From NCBI GenBank assembly GCA_963777505.1, contig CAVZQN010000001.1, forward strand, positions 448,001 through 512,000: a stretch of DNA of 64,000 bases, read 5' to 3'. The position numbers and the translations under genes are program-made. Positions 33,211 through 42,990 of this stretch are shown here, piece after piece. The notes beneath the pieces are model-generated. The model was given only the letters and a program-made list of their open reading frames with translations, ran no database searches and was not told the DNA's origin. This DNA is from an uncultured bacterium (GTDB lineage: Bacteria > Acidobacteriota > HRBIN11 > JAKEFK01). Numbering within the stretch: the first letter of the stretch is position 1; every line of letters starts with the position of its first letter.

Positions 33211-33226
33211 TGCAAGCGGAATGCCA
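33211..33226 (-). promoter_or_regulatory. sigma54 (-24/-12) promoter
   Basis: Minus strand reads TGGCATTCCGCTTGCA (GG-N10-GC), 40 bp upstream of ATG33170. Confidence 0.7.
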
Positions 33227-33380
33227 GCTCTCAAATAACGCTTTTACGAGGAGAACGCGACTTTCGTTCGAGCAATCATTAGACAAGAGTTGCGCGACAG
33301 AATAACAAACGTTGCTTTCTGGCGTACAAAGGAGATCGCGACAAGCTTGAAACTGCCGTCGCTCTTATGCTCAAACGGAT

Positions 33381-35846
33381 CTATTCATTATGAAGCGCAA
33401 CCAAAGGATCTACGCGGGATGCGCGCCATGCTGGAATAATCGATGCGATCAAAGCAACTGTTACTAAGAACAGTAATGACATTGATATTGTAAGAATATC
33501 CGTTGGGGATACACCAACAAGTAAATATTGAATCGCTCTGGTAGCAAAAATCGCGATCGGCACACCAATTAGCAGTCCAGGCAAAGTTTTCTTCAATCCG
33601 TTTAGTACAATCATCCGCAAAACCACTGGTTGTGATGCACCAAGCGCCATTCGAACTCCAATTTCGTGGGTCCGTTGCGAAACCAGTAAGGCCATTACTC
33701 CATAGAGTCCAACAGCAGCCAGAGCAAGAGCAATAATTCCGAATCCACCAATCAGGCCTGTACCGACATCATACAAACGCATTTTTCCATATCGGATGTG
33801 CTCTTCAAGCGTACGAACTTCCGATAACGAAATTTCGGGATCGATTGCACGCACTTCCGATCGAACAGCGGAAATAATTTCCGCAGGTACGCGCAAAGTA
33901 TGAACATGCAAAACAGTATCAGAACCAAAATGTTGATGGAAAGGCAAATAGAAGATCGGTGTTGGGTCTTCAGCCGGCAAAAGGTATTTTCCAGTTTTTG
34001 CAACGCCAACGATTTCGACTGGTTCTGAATCCCGTGTGTTAAAGCGGAACTTTTTCCCTAACGGATTCTCTGCTGGCCAATATCTCTTGGCCATTGCCTC
34101 ATTCACAATCGCAACTTTTTTACTAGCTGGAGTATCGTTTTCACTAAAGACGCGGCCTTGTAAAATAGGCATTCCGACGGTCTTGAAGTAATCGGATGAA
34201 ATAACATTGAAGAGTTCTTGTTCGGACCCTTCGATCCGCTTTGTCTTGCCTTCAATGAAAACTTCGTAACCTCCATTTCGAAAGCCGATTGGAAGGTAGC
34301 GTCCATACGCGGCAGATTCAACACCCGGGATTGAGCGAACTCGTTCAAGAAGGTTACGGTAAAAAGTTCTTGAACGATTCTCATCATAGTGTAATAGTTC
34401 AGTATTCATCGCCATCACGACACGATTTTTTGTTTGTACTCCGACATCCTGTTTTGCTGCATTCATGGTTGATTGAAGAAACAAACCGGCGCAAACCAGT
34501 AAAACGAGTGAGACTGCGACTTGTGCAACCAATAACACATCGCGAAGTCTTTGACGGCCAGCTCCAACTGCGGAAGTACGGCCTCCTTCTTTTAATGATT
34601 CAACAAGATTTGTAGTCGATGCGCGCAATCCTGGCATCAAGCCCGCTAAAACACCGCTGATGACGGCGATCAAAAGCGAATATCTCAGTACTGTTGAATC
34701 AAGAGAGAAATTCATATCAAGGGGAATGTCCGTAGCAAAGTGCACATTTCCAAGCAAATTCGTTAACCAAAAGGCTAATGCAATTCCGGCTACCGAACCG
34801 AATAACGCCAATAAAAGACTTTCCGATAAAAGCTGACGCAAAATCCGCATGCGGCTTGAACCTAAGGCCATGCGGATAGCGAGCTCTTTTTGTCTTCCGG
34901 AAGCACGCGCATACAACAGACTTGCAACATTTGCACACGCCGCCAGCAGCACAAGGCCAACAAGAGTCATAAATATGATTGCGACAGGAGGCAGAAAGGA
35001 TGCTGCGGCGGGCTCTAAACGCGTTCGTGGTTCAGGATACAGGATCGCGCGTTGACCTTTATGAATTTCACTATATTCTTTTTCGAGTCTAGCTGCTTGA
35101 ACGTTTAGCGCTGATTGTGCCTGTTCATGACTGACGTTTTTTCGAAGCCTTCCTATAAAGAAGACGTCACCCATGCGACTTCTTTGTGCAAGGGTCTTTG
35201 AATAATCAGGATATAAATATTCCGCCGCGGTAATCGGAACATACAGCGTTTGTGCAATCAGACCTGAATTACCACGAAACTGCTTTGATACGATGCCAAT
35301 GATGGTGAATGAGGTGCCGTTAATTCGAATGGTTGAACCCACGACACCTGGATCACCGGCAAAACGTTTTTTCCAGAAGTTATATCCAAGGATTGCAACA
35401 TTGGATGCACCTTGTTGCTGGACTTCTTCAACAGTGAAACTGCGGCCAAGACTCATTTTCACACCAAGAACTTGAAAAAAGTTTCCGGTAACCATTGGAA
35501 ACATGATGTGCTCGGCATTCTTTTTTTCGATCTGAAGCTGACCTTCTACGATTGCCCAGCCTGCCGCATCCTCAAATACATTTTTAAGAGAACTGTAGTC
35601 TTGAAAGGTTGGATAACTTAGAGGCCAGGGCATTCCGCCTTCTTTTTCTGCCAAAACAACTGAAACCAGTTCATTGGCATTGGATGCACCCGGAAGAGGG
35701 CGAAACATGATCGAATATACAACACTGAAAATTGCGGTATTTGCCCCGATTCCTAAAGCCAGGGCAAGCACGGCAAGAATTGTAAATCCGGGGTTTTTCT
35801 TTAAGGTTCGAAGACTGAATTGAAGGTCTTTCAAGATTGAGTTCAC
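33381..35846 (-). CDS. ABC permease, ADOP family
   Basis: KDLQFSLR..KNPGFT, ACANVASLL, EIGVRMALGA and DPLVALHNE; 821 aa. Confidence 0.9.
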   Translation of the reverse strand: MNSILKDLQFSLRTLKKNPGFTILAVLALALGIGANTAIFSVVYSIMFRPLPGASNANELVSVVLAEKEGGMPWPLSYPTFQDYSSLKNVFEDAAGWAIVEGQLQIEKKNAEHIMFPMVTGNFFQVLGVKMSLGRSFTVEEVQQQGASNVAILGYNFWKKRFAGDPGVVGSTIRINGTSFTIIGIVSKQFRGNSGLIAQTLYVPITAAEYLYPDYSKTLAQRSRMGDVFFIGRLRKNVSHEQAQSALNVQAARLEKEYSEIHKGQRAILYPEPRTRLEPAAASFLPPVAIIFMTLVGLVLLAACANVASLLYARASGRQKELAIRMALGSSRMRILRQLLSESLLLALFGSVAGIALAFWLTNLLGNVHFATDIPLDMNFSLDSTVLRYSLLIAVISGVLAGLMPGLRASTTNLVESLKEGGRTSAVGAGRQRLRDVLLVAQVAVSLVLLVCAGLFLQSTMNAAKQDVGVQTKNRVVMAMNTELLHYDENRSRTFYRNLLERVRSIPGVESAAYGRYLPIGFRNGGYEVFIEGKTKRIEGSEQELFNVISSDYFKTVGMPILQGRVFSENDTPASKKVAIVNEAMAKRYWPAENPLGKKFRFNTRDSEPVEIVGVAKTGKYLLPAEDPTPIFYLPFHQHFGSDTVLHVHTLRVPAEIISAVRSEVRAIDPEISLSEVRTLEEHIRYGKMRLYDVGTGLIGGFGIIALALAAVGLYGVMALLVSQRTHEIGVRMALGASQPVVLRMIVLNGLKKTLPGLLIGVPIAIFATRAIQYLLVGVSPTDILTISMSLLFLVTVALIASIIPAWRASRVDPLVALHNE

Positions 35847-35965
35847 GGAGTCCTCCGCATCACTTTACCAGTTAATACGGAAGACGAAGGCAGAATGTTT
35901 TAGCAATCATGACTGTCCCCCGGCTAGAAAACACAATACTGTCTTTGCGTCTTTGTGGTGAGTCC

Positions 35966-36011
35966 AAAAACGAAAATTGGGGTGGGTTCCCGAGAGGCGA
36001 ACCCACCCCAA
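35966..36011 (-). terminator. rho-independent terminator of nrdJ
   Basis: 13-bp stem TTGGGGTGGGTTC/GAACCCACCCCAA followed by a T-rich run on the minus strand. Confidence 0.7.
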
Positions 36012-36034
36012 ACCACTCAATCGTAGTTAAAACT

Positions 36035-38296
36035 TTAGCAGTTAGACCAGCCGCAGGCGTGACATTTTTCACAGCCTTCCTGTTTTACAGTTGGGCTGCC
36101 ACATTCCATACAGAGGTTACCGGTTGCAATCCCTTCGGCCGGTGTCAGAAGATCAGGAGCTAATGTCTCCTCTTGTTTTGGCATTTCTGATTTCGAATGC
36201 AAATACGTATGCAACGCACGAGCTATGGCGTCAGGCACTGAACGCACACGTTTTTGTCCAAAACCTACATCACGCGATCCTCCGATTCCTTGCAAATGAC
36301 GCACGATCAAATCAACGCGCTGTTCGGCTGTCAAATGTGAAGGCATTCGCAGCATTAATGAGAGACTCCTGCCCAGCGCTTCTGCATCAGCGGCGACATC
36401 GGATCCGGCTTTGCCCACATTCACGAATATTTCGAAAGCTTCCCCGTTGCCGTTCTCATTCACCGTTGTATATACAGTTCCATGCGGAGACTCTACTTTT
36501 ATCGTCCGGCCTAGCAACACATCCGGACGCCCTTTCATCGTCATCTCTTGGCGAGGCGTAACTTCCGCCGATTTTGCGACGGTTCCATGTGTCAGAACCT
36601 GCATCGGCTTACACCCATCTCTATAGACCGTAATCCCGAGACATCCAGTTTTATATGCCTGCATATAGGCATCACTTATGTCTTCAGGACTTGCTTCATT
36701 GGGAAGGTTAATGGTTTTTGAAACAGCATTATCAGTAAATTTCTGAAATGCTGCCTGCATTCGCACATGATATTCCGGTGGAATTTCGTGCGCGGTCTTA
36801 AAAAGAGTCTTCAGCTCCTGCGGAAGATTTGTTCCGCCGATTGTGCCATGTTTACGCACATGTTCTTTCAACGTTTCCGACCAATATCCTTCTTCTTTCA
36901 TCACCTGTTCAAAGAATGGGTTAAAAAATTCAAACCCAAGGCGATGTTTGAAATAAAGTCCAAAGATCGGTTCAATCCCGCTAGAACATCCAGCAATAAT
37001 GCTGATTGTACCTGTCGGTGCAATCGTTGTTACTGTGGAATTTCGAAGTGGATAGCGGTCTTTGTAAATCGATTCATTCCAGCGCGGAAAGACACCCCTT
37101 TCTTCTGCCAGTGTTCGCGATTCATCGTGTGAAACTTCTTCGATGAATTGCATGATTTTTTCCGCAAGTTGCAACGCTTCTTCGGATTGATACGGAATAC
37201 GGAGTTGAAATAACAAATCGGACCATCCCATTACACCAAGTCCGATCCGGCGATTATTTTTTACGATCTCATCAATCTGTTTCAATGGAAACGGATTTCG
37301 TTCGATGACATCGTCAAGAAAACGTACCGATAAACGTACCGTACGATCCATTTCCTTGTAATCAATTTCCCCATCTTTCACCAATAAACCCAAATTCAGT
37401 GAACCGAGATTGCATGATTCATAGGGATAGAGCGGTTGTTCACCGCAAGGATTCGTAGATTCTACTGGACCACAAGCTGGAATCGGATTTGACGCGCCTG
37501 AATTCACGCGGTCAATGAAAATCAAACCCGGATCTCCGGTTTGCCATGCAGAATCTACAATCTTTAGAAATACCTCCCTCGCATTCAATCTCCCCACCTC
37601 TTTGCCTGTCTTGGGCGAAATAAGAGGATACGTTTCATTGCGCTCATACGCGCCCATAAACTCTTCAGTCACAGCACAGGAAATATTGAAGTTACTGACT
37701 TCCCCCGATAACTTGCAGTCAATAAACTCCATAATGTCCGGATGATCAATCCGGAGTATTCCCATATTGGCACCCCGTCTCGTTCCCCCTTGCTTTAACG
37801 ATTCGGTTGCCGCATCAAATACTTTCATAAACGAAACAGGACCCGATGCAACGCCTTTGGTTGTTGAAACCATATCGTCACGCGGACGGATCCTTGAAAA
37901 TGCAAATCCGGTTCCTCCACCAGATTTGTGGATGATCGCAGCATTTTTTATGGATTCAAAAATCCCTGAAATGCTGTCCTCAACCGGCAAGACATAGCAG
38001 GCGGAATATTGTAAATTGTTGTTTTTGCCCGCATTCATCATTGTGGGTGAATTCGGAACAAACTTCCGCTCAACCATCATCTTGTAAAACTCACCGGTAA
38101 TGTGCTCTGCTTCCTCCTTACTCTTCCAGGAAAGTTCAGCTCTACCAATCTCTACCGCTACGCTCCAACAGCGATCATCTGCGGATTCGATCACATTGCC
38201 GTCTTCATCCTTTAAGAGGTACCTCATTCGGAGAATCTCCAGCGCATTATCCGGCCATGAGCTTTTCACGTTTGGACGTCTGAAAAGGGTCACCAT
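36035..38296 (-). CDS. nrdJ: class II (AdoCbl-dependent) ribonucleotide reductase with TSCPD-type C-terminus
   Basis: PNSPT, SACYV, TNPCGEQPL, CNLGS, TIAPTGT, AVSKTIN and SVPDAIA motifs; C-terminal CxxC...CxxCG.S.C. Confidence 0.93.
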   Translation of the reverse strand: MVTLFRRPNVKSSWPDNALEILRMRYLLKDEDGNVIESADDRCWSVAVEIGRAELSWKSKEEAEHITGEFYKMMVERKFVPNSPTMMNAGKNNNLQYSACYVLPVEDSISGIFESIKNAAIIHKSGGGTGFAFSRIRPRDDMVSTTKGVASGPVSFMKVFDAATESLKQGGTRRGANMGILRIDHPDIMEFIDCKLSGEVSNFNISCAVTEEFMGAYERNETYPLISPKTGKEVGRLNAREVFLKIVDSAWQTGDPGLIFIDRVNSGASNPIPACGPVESTNPCGEQPLYPYESCNLGSLNLGLLVKDGEIDYKEMDRTVRLSVRFLDDVIERNPFPLKQIDEIVKNNRRIGLGVMGWSDLLFQLRIPYQSEEALQLAEKIMQFIEEVSHDESRTLAEERGVFPRWNESIYKDRYPLRNSTVTTIAPTGTISIIAGCSSGIEPIFGLYFKHRLGFEFFNPFFEQVMKEEGYWSETLKEHVRKHGTIGGTNLPQELKTLFKTAHEIPPEYHVRMQAAFQKFTDNAVSKTINLPNEASPEDISDAYMQAYKTGCLGITVYRDGCKPMQVLTHGTVAKSAEVTPRQEMTMKGRPDVLLGRTIKVESPHGTVYTTVNENGNGEAFEIFVNVGKAGSDVAADAEALGRSLSLMLRMPSHLTAEQRVDLIVRHLQGIGGSRDVGFGQKRVRSVPDAIARALHTYLHSKSEMPKQEETLAPDLLTPAEGIATGNLCMECGSPTVKQEGCEKCHACGWSNC

Positions 38297-38432
38297 GGGG
38301 GATCAGTCTCTCCTTATTTTTCTATTGTTTTTTGCCCTGTGCCCCTACATTTCTTCGGGGCGGAAAGTAGACTGATCCAATATACACAAAAGTTCAAAAA
38401 TCCACAACTATTTTTGTATGGTCGAGACTACA

Positions 38433-38448
38433 CCACAATATATAGTGT
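38433..38448. promoter_or_regulatory. NrdR box upstream of nrdJ
   Basis: CCACAATATATAGTGT matches the acaCwAtATaTwGtgt consensus; degenerate second box at ~38402-38420. Confidence 0.7.
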
Positions 38449-38575
38449 TTATGCGGGTTCGGCAAAAAGTCACGAGGATGGGGCTTTTTTAACGCAGAGG
38501 ACGCCGAGTTTCTAACGAGAATTCAGCGAACTCGGCGTTAAAAAATAACGGTCATATTATCAGCATAATATGATG

Positions 38576-38728
38576 TCACTTGCTGGCTTTTTCGAGTTCG
38601 GTAACTTTGATGGCGACTATTCGATCGAGACGCGTATCTTTCGCGCGATAGACCTCACCCATACCACCTGAGCCAGCGATCGATATAATTTCGTAAAGTC
38701 CGAGAGTGGTGCCGGGGGGAAGGCTCAT
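38576..38728 (-). pseudogene. N-terminal remnant of a Ser/Thr kinase
   Basis: [10 protein letters not shown], then a frameshift, then [31 protein letters not shown], then a stop. Confidence 0.7.
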
Positions 38729-38761
38729 GCTCCGATTTTACCGCAGTGCACACAGAGATTC

Positions 38762-39409
38762 CTAAGCGCTTTTTGAAGAATAAAAATACGGATTCAGCTC
38801 TGGATCAGCTTCCTGCGCCTTTCCAGGTGTGTCAAATAAAAACACGATACTAATACGATCCGACATACCACGAAGTGGCTGTACTGAATGCGGGCATCGA
38901 TTTGCTTTCATAATGACCAGTTGTCCGGCTTCAGGCTGAATTACTGAATGTTTTTTTGAAAAAAGCCATCGTGAAAATTTTGATAGCAAAAACTGATCAA
39001 GGACTTTTTGAGTTGAAGACAATGGCATGGAACTCAGCAACAGCCGGTAATCTTCAAAAACTTCGACCTCGCCTCCATCAACTTGATTCAAATAGAGGAT
39101 CGCTTTCACGGCTTTACTTTCGTAATGCCATGGAAGTGCTCTACCTGGGTAAGTGAAATGAACCTGAATGGCTGCTTTTGCGGTTGGGTATAACACAAGA
39201 GGAGTTTCTGAAAAATCATCCACAGCTTTCTGCACATTTTGAATGAGTCTGGCAAACGCCGGGATTTGTTCCGAAACAAAAGCACCATCCAAAACGCGAG
39301 CACGAAACATCGAAAACCTCTCCTTAACTAAATAAATGCTAGTAAGAAGTCTTGTACATTCTGTAGGGCTTAAAAAGTACTGATCCAAATAAAGGTTTGC
39401 ATTTTTCAT
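38762..39409 (-). CDS. 2OG-Fe(II) oxygenase superfamily protein
   Basis: PWHYE, LYLN..GGE and HSVQP...RISIVF motifs. Confidence 0.7.
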   Translation of the reverse strand: MKNANLYLDQYFLSPTECTRLLTSIYLVKERFSMFRARVLDGAFVSEQIPAFARLIQNVQKAVDDFSETPLVLYPTAKAAIQVHFTYPGRALPWHYESKAVKAILYLNQVDGGEVEVFEDYRLLLSSMPLSSTQKVLDQFLLSKFSRWLFSKKHSVIQPEAGQLVIMKANRCPHSVQPLRGMSDRISIVFLFDTPGKAQEADPELNPYFYSSKSA

Positions 39410-39520
39410 AGAGTCTTCCTTCCATAGAGAGAAGACGTATGAAATCAGGAGTGAACGTCGAAAAGTTTAAAGAACCTGTTTTCGCAGAGGAATCGATACT
39501 ACACGCTGAGTTTCAAATGC

Positions 39521-41070
39521 TCAGAAAAATATTGGGACAACGACTTCCGCACTTAAATGTCTTCCAGCTAAACCGACGTAACAATCGGGTCGTAACAGAT
39601 AAAAGGAAGGAATCGGAATGTGCATTCGAGCAAGTGCTTGATCATTACCATACGCGGTTGGAATTTCATGAACCTGAAGCAGTTCAAGTTTCCGAAGCGT
39701 GGAAGGAACTGGCGTTTGACCGACAATCATCAGATTGAAGCATGTATCATCAATTCGTTGGAATAAATCATCTGGGGGATCATCCGCAGAAAATTTGAGT
39801 TGTAACCATGGAAAGCGATCGCCTGCCCGCGGCGCTTCTTCGGGCCAATCTCCAAGTGTTTCAGAAAGGGAGCTTGCACGATATTGGATACCAATTTGTG
39901 AGATTGTGCGAAATGCCAGTTTTCGAATTCGATCGAAGCGCATCGCAAATGCAGCCACTTTAGCAATCACTCGCGTTCGCAAAATCCTACTGATCATCCG
40001 ATCGGAAACAATCATTGAAAAGGCTCTATCGGTTCCGCGGAGTAGTTGATTTGCGACCGGAAGGCGCTCTTCTTCGTACGAATCAAGTAAGGCTTCTTGG
40101 GAAGTCACCTTTTATGACAAGCGCAAGTTTCCATGCAAGATTATAGGCATCCTGTAAGCCGGTGTTCATTCCTTGCGCCCCGACAGGGCTGTGAATATGC
40201 GCTGCATCACCCAGTAAAAAACAGCGGCGGTCACGAAATCGCTTGGCGCGTCGATGATGAATCCGGTATGTTGAAAACCAACTGCATTCTTCAAATTTCA
40301 GTCTAATACCAGCATGCTTCGTTATGGATGGCGTTACGTGTGCGAATTCAAGATCATCGCGTGCGCGCAATTCTGGCGGCACAATTCCAACAATGCGCCA
40401 ATGATGGTTGCCGCGCATTGGAAAGAACAAGTGGAAACCATCTTGCCACAGATAAACGTTAAGCTCATCGGGCACCATAGATCCCGTAGCAGTGGTATCA
40501 GCCACAAAAAACACGTGATCGTAAGGTGCACCTTCGAACTCAATACTATTCAGATTACGAACGGCACTGCGGGCACCATCGCAGCCAACCACCCAAAGAG
40601 CGCGGATTTCATAAGAGCGAACCATCTGGCTGTCTAATGGTTGTTATTACATGATCGTTTTGTTGTGTAAGCCCTGTTAATTCGGTATTCCAGCAAATCT
40701 CCACATTTCGTTTGCGTAAGAGTTCTCCAAGCAATTGTTCATTATCATCCTGACCCAAAATCAAAAGAAACGGATACGGACTTAAACCACGGCCGATGTC
40801 GCTCAGCGGAATCCTTGCTCCATGACGTGCATTATTCCAAAAATTAGCTCCCGCCGTAACCTTCCCCAATTCAATCGCCCGATTTGCAATTCCAAGATGC
40901 GAATAAATTTCAATTGTGCGCGCCTGTACCCCGAGTGCTCTTGTCTCGATCGTAGGAGCGGGATGGCGATCAATGATCATGAAATCTACGCCATGACGTG
41001 CCAATTGATTGGCCAGCATCAATCCAGTTGGTCCAGCACCGACAATTAGCACATCAGTCTCGGTCAGCAA
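39521..41070 (-). CDS. FAD-dependent monooxygenase (PheA/TfdB type), split into 3 ORFs
   Basis: GAGPTGL, GCDGARS, GDAAHIHSPVGAQGMNTG and LLRPD motifs. Confidence 0.85.
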
Positions 41071-41089
41071 ATTTCATTCGGTATGATGC

Positions 41090-42122
41090 TCAACTGCCCG
41101 TTTTTTTGTTTTCGGCCGCGGCAAGAAGTTGGAGTTCCTTTTCAAGCTCTGGGGTTTCCATGCTCGCGATTTTTCGTTTCAACCGCTGTAGACGCTCATC
41201 CGATCGCAGGTAGCTGCTTTGAGCATCGCGGATATGACCTCCGATTTTGGTGAAGTCATTCTCAAATCGAGCCATATCATTTTCAAGCTGTTGAAGCTGC
41301 GCCAGGATTTCTTTTGCTTGATCCGAAATTTGTAAACCGCGAAGTCCCATCAAGATGACCTGCAAATATGCATAAAACGTGTTGGGTGAGACGGGAATCA
41401 CTTTTTGCTTTAAACAATGTTCGTAGAGCTGGCTGTCCTCACGAACAATTAATTCGTAATAGACATTTTCGGCAGGAATAAACATGAGTGCAAAATCAAA
41501 TGTATTTTCGTCCGGATTGATATATCTTTCTGCGATGTCATTGACATGCTTTTTTACATCATTCAAAAATGTTTTCCGAAGCATCTTTTTTTCAGCTTCT
41601 GACTTCCACGGAAAACATTCGCTTAAAATTTTCGAGAGGAAATTTTGAATCCACACATAAAATACGCTGACCTATAAAAAGTGCCGCATCAACGACGGTA
41701 CCTCGTCCGAATGAATGCTGAATTCGAAAGGCATCGCTTTGAAGACATTGCGACAGCAGATCTTCCAGTAAAAATTCTCCAAGACCGCCACGCATTTTTG
41801 GAGACTGCAAAATATTCTGTAAGGATTTAATATCCCGCGCCAAATCCATAATGTGGCGCGTGGACTCTTTCATTTGTCCTAAATCACCTTGAACTTGCGC
41901 GATTACGTTTGTAGTATTACTGACCTGATTGTTGATCATTCCAAGATTGCTCGATAACGTTTGAGAATTCGATTCGAGTCTTGCAGAAAAATCTTGCTTC
42001 ATCTGGTGAATCTGCGTTTGCATATCGCCTCTTACCTGCTGCATCTGGCGATAAACAAACAACAGGACAACGACTATCACGACCGAAAGGATCAAAAGTG
42101 CAATCGTAACTGTTTCCATCAC
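41090..42122 (-). CDS. rmuC: DNA recombination protein RmuC (frameshifted)
   Basis: N-terminal TM and coiled coil; PKMRGGLGE, VDSKFPLE, FALMFIPAENVY and VSPNT motifs. Confidence 0.85.
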
Positions 42123-42135
42123 TCTCCTTTATAAT

Positions 42136-42179
42136 CTTTGTGGCTCTGCGGTTCAATAGTGAACTGCAAAGACACAGAG
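42136..42179. repeat. inverted pair of ACCGCARAGRCDCARAG-family repeats
   Basis: CTTTGTGGCTCTGCGGTTCA / TGAACTGCAAAGACACAGAG. Confidence 0.6.
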
Positions 42180-42184
42180 ATCAA

Positions 42185-42973
42185 GTGAACTTAAGAAACA
42201 AAGTAATTGTAATCACAGGTGCATCGAGTGGAATAGGCCGAGCTACGGCTATCGGTGCTGGTCGTGCAGGCGCCAATATTGTTGTTGCTGCGCGAAGATT
42301 CGATCGGCTGCAAAAAGTTGCTGAAGAAATTGAAGGCTCAGGTGGAAAGGCGCTTGCTGTTGAAACAGATCTATCCGATCCATCACAAATTGAATCATTG
42401 ATTGCAAAATCGATAGCGAGGTTCGGATGCATCGATGTGCTGATCAACAACGCCGCAATAGGAGTCTATGCAACTGTCGATGAAACAACTCCAGAGCAGA
42501 TGGAAAAACTCTGGCGCGTGAATTACATGGGCACATTTCATGCGATTAAGAATGTTTTGCCTTTGATGCGAAAACAAAATTCCGGCCAAATTATTACAAT
42601 CGCTTCCATGTCAGGACGCCGCGGCGCTCACTTCAAGAGCGCTTATTGCGCTACCAAATTTGCGCAAATCGGATTGATGGAATCACTAAGAATGGAATTA
42701 ATGGGTACAAAAATTCATTGCTCGTTGATTTTTCCAGGGGGCACCAACACTGAATTCTTTCAAGTCATTGATAATCCCGGAAATCGTGATGTGAAATTAC
42801 ATGGAGCTGTTCAAAGCGCCGAAGAAGTTGCGAACGAAATTTTGAAAGCGATTGAAAAGCCTCGTACGGAGGTGATCACGCAACCTTTGGGTCGATTACA
42901 AATAATACTGAACGCTATTTCCCCAGATTTTGCTGATTGGTTGGTAAGAAAAAGAAAACCGCAAAGACTCTGA
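42185..42973 (+). CDS. short-chain dehydrogenase/reductase
   Basis: TGASSGIG, NNA and YCATK motifs. Confidence 0.9.
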   Translation: MNLRNKVIVITGASSGIGRATAIGAGRAGANIVVAARRFDRLQKVAEEIEGSGGKALAVETDLSDPSQIESLIAKSIARFGCIDVLINNAAIGVYATVDETTPEQMEKLWRVNYMGTFHAIKNVLPLMRKQNSGQIITIASMSGRRGAHFKSAYCATKFAQIGLMESLRMELMGTKIHCSLIFPGGTNTEFFQVIDNPGNRDVKLHGAVQSAEEVANEILKAIEKPRTEVITQPLGRLQIILNAISPDFADWLVRKRKPQRL

Positions 42974-42985
42974 GTCTCTGCGGTT
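42957..42985. repeat. hairpin of the same repeat family between convergent genes (possible terminator)
   Basis: AACCGCAAAGACTC-T-GAGTCTCTGCGGTT. Confidence 0.6.
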
Positions 42986-42990
42986 CAGAA

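Noticed and set aside
32015-33305. Long antisense ORFs (e.g. 32352..32972) and similar short ORFs throughout the track
   Set aside because: They are shadows of well-supported genes on the opposite strand, with no RBS or domain evidence
35850-35920. sigma54 promoter for the second ADOP permease
   Set aside because: Candidate GG...GC pairs have 9- or 12-nt spacing rather than the required 10
38297-38480. Cobalamin riboswitch upstream of nrdJ
   Set aside because: No B12-box or conserved core is recognisable; an NrdR box explains the regulation
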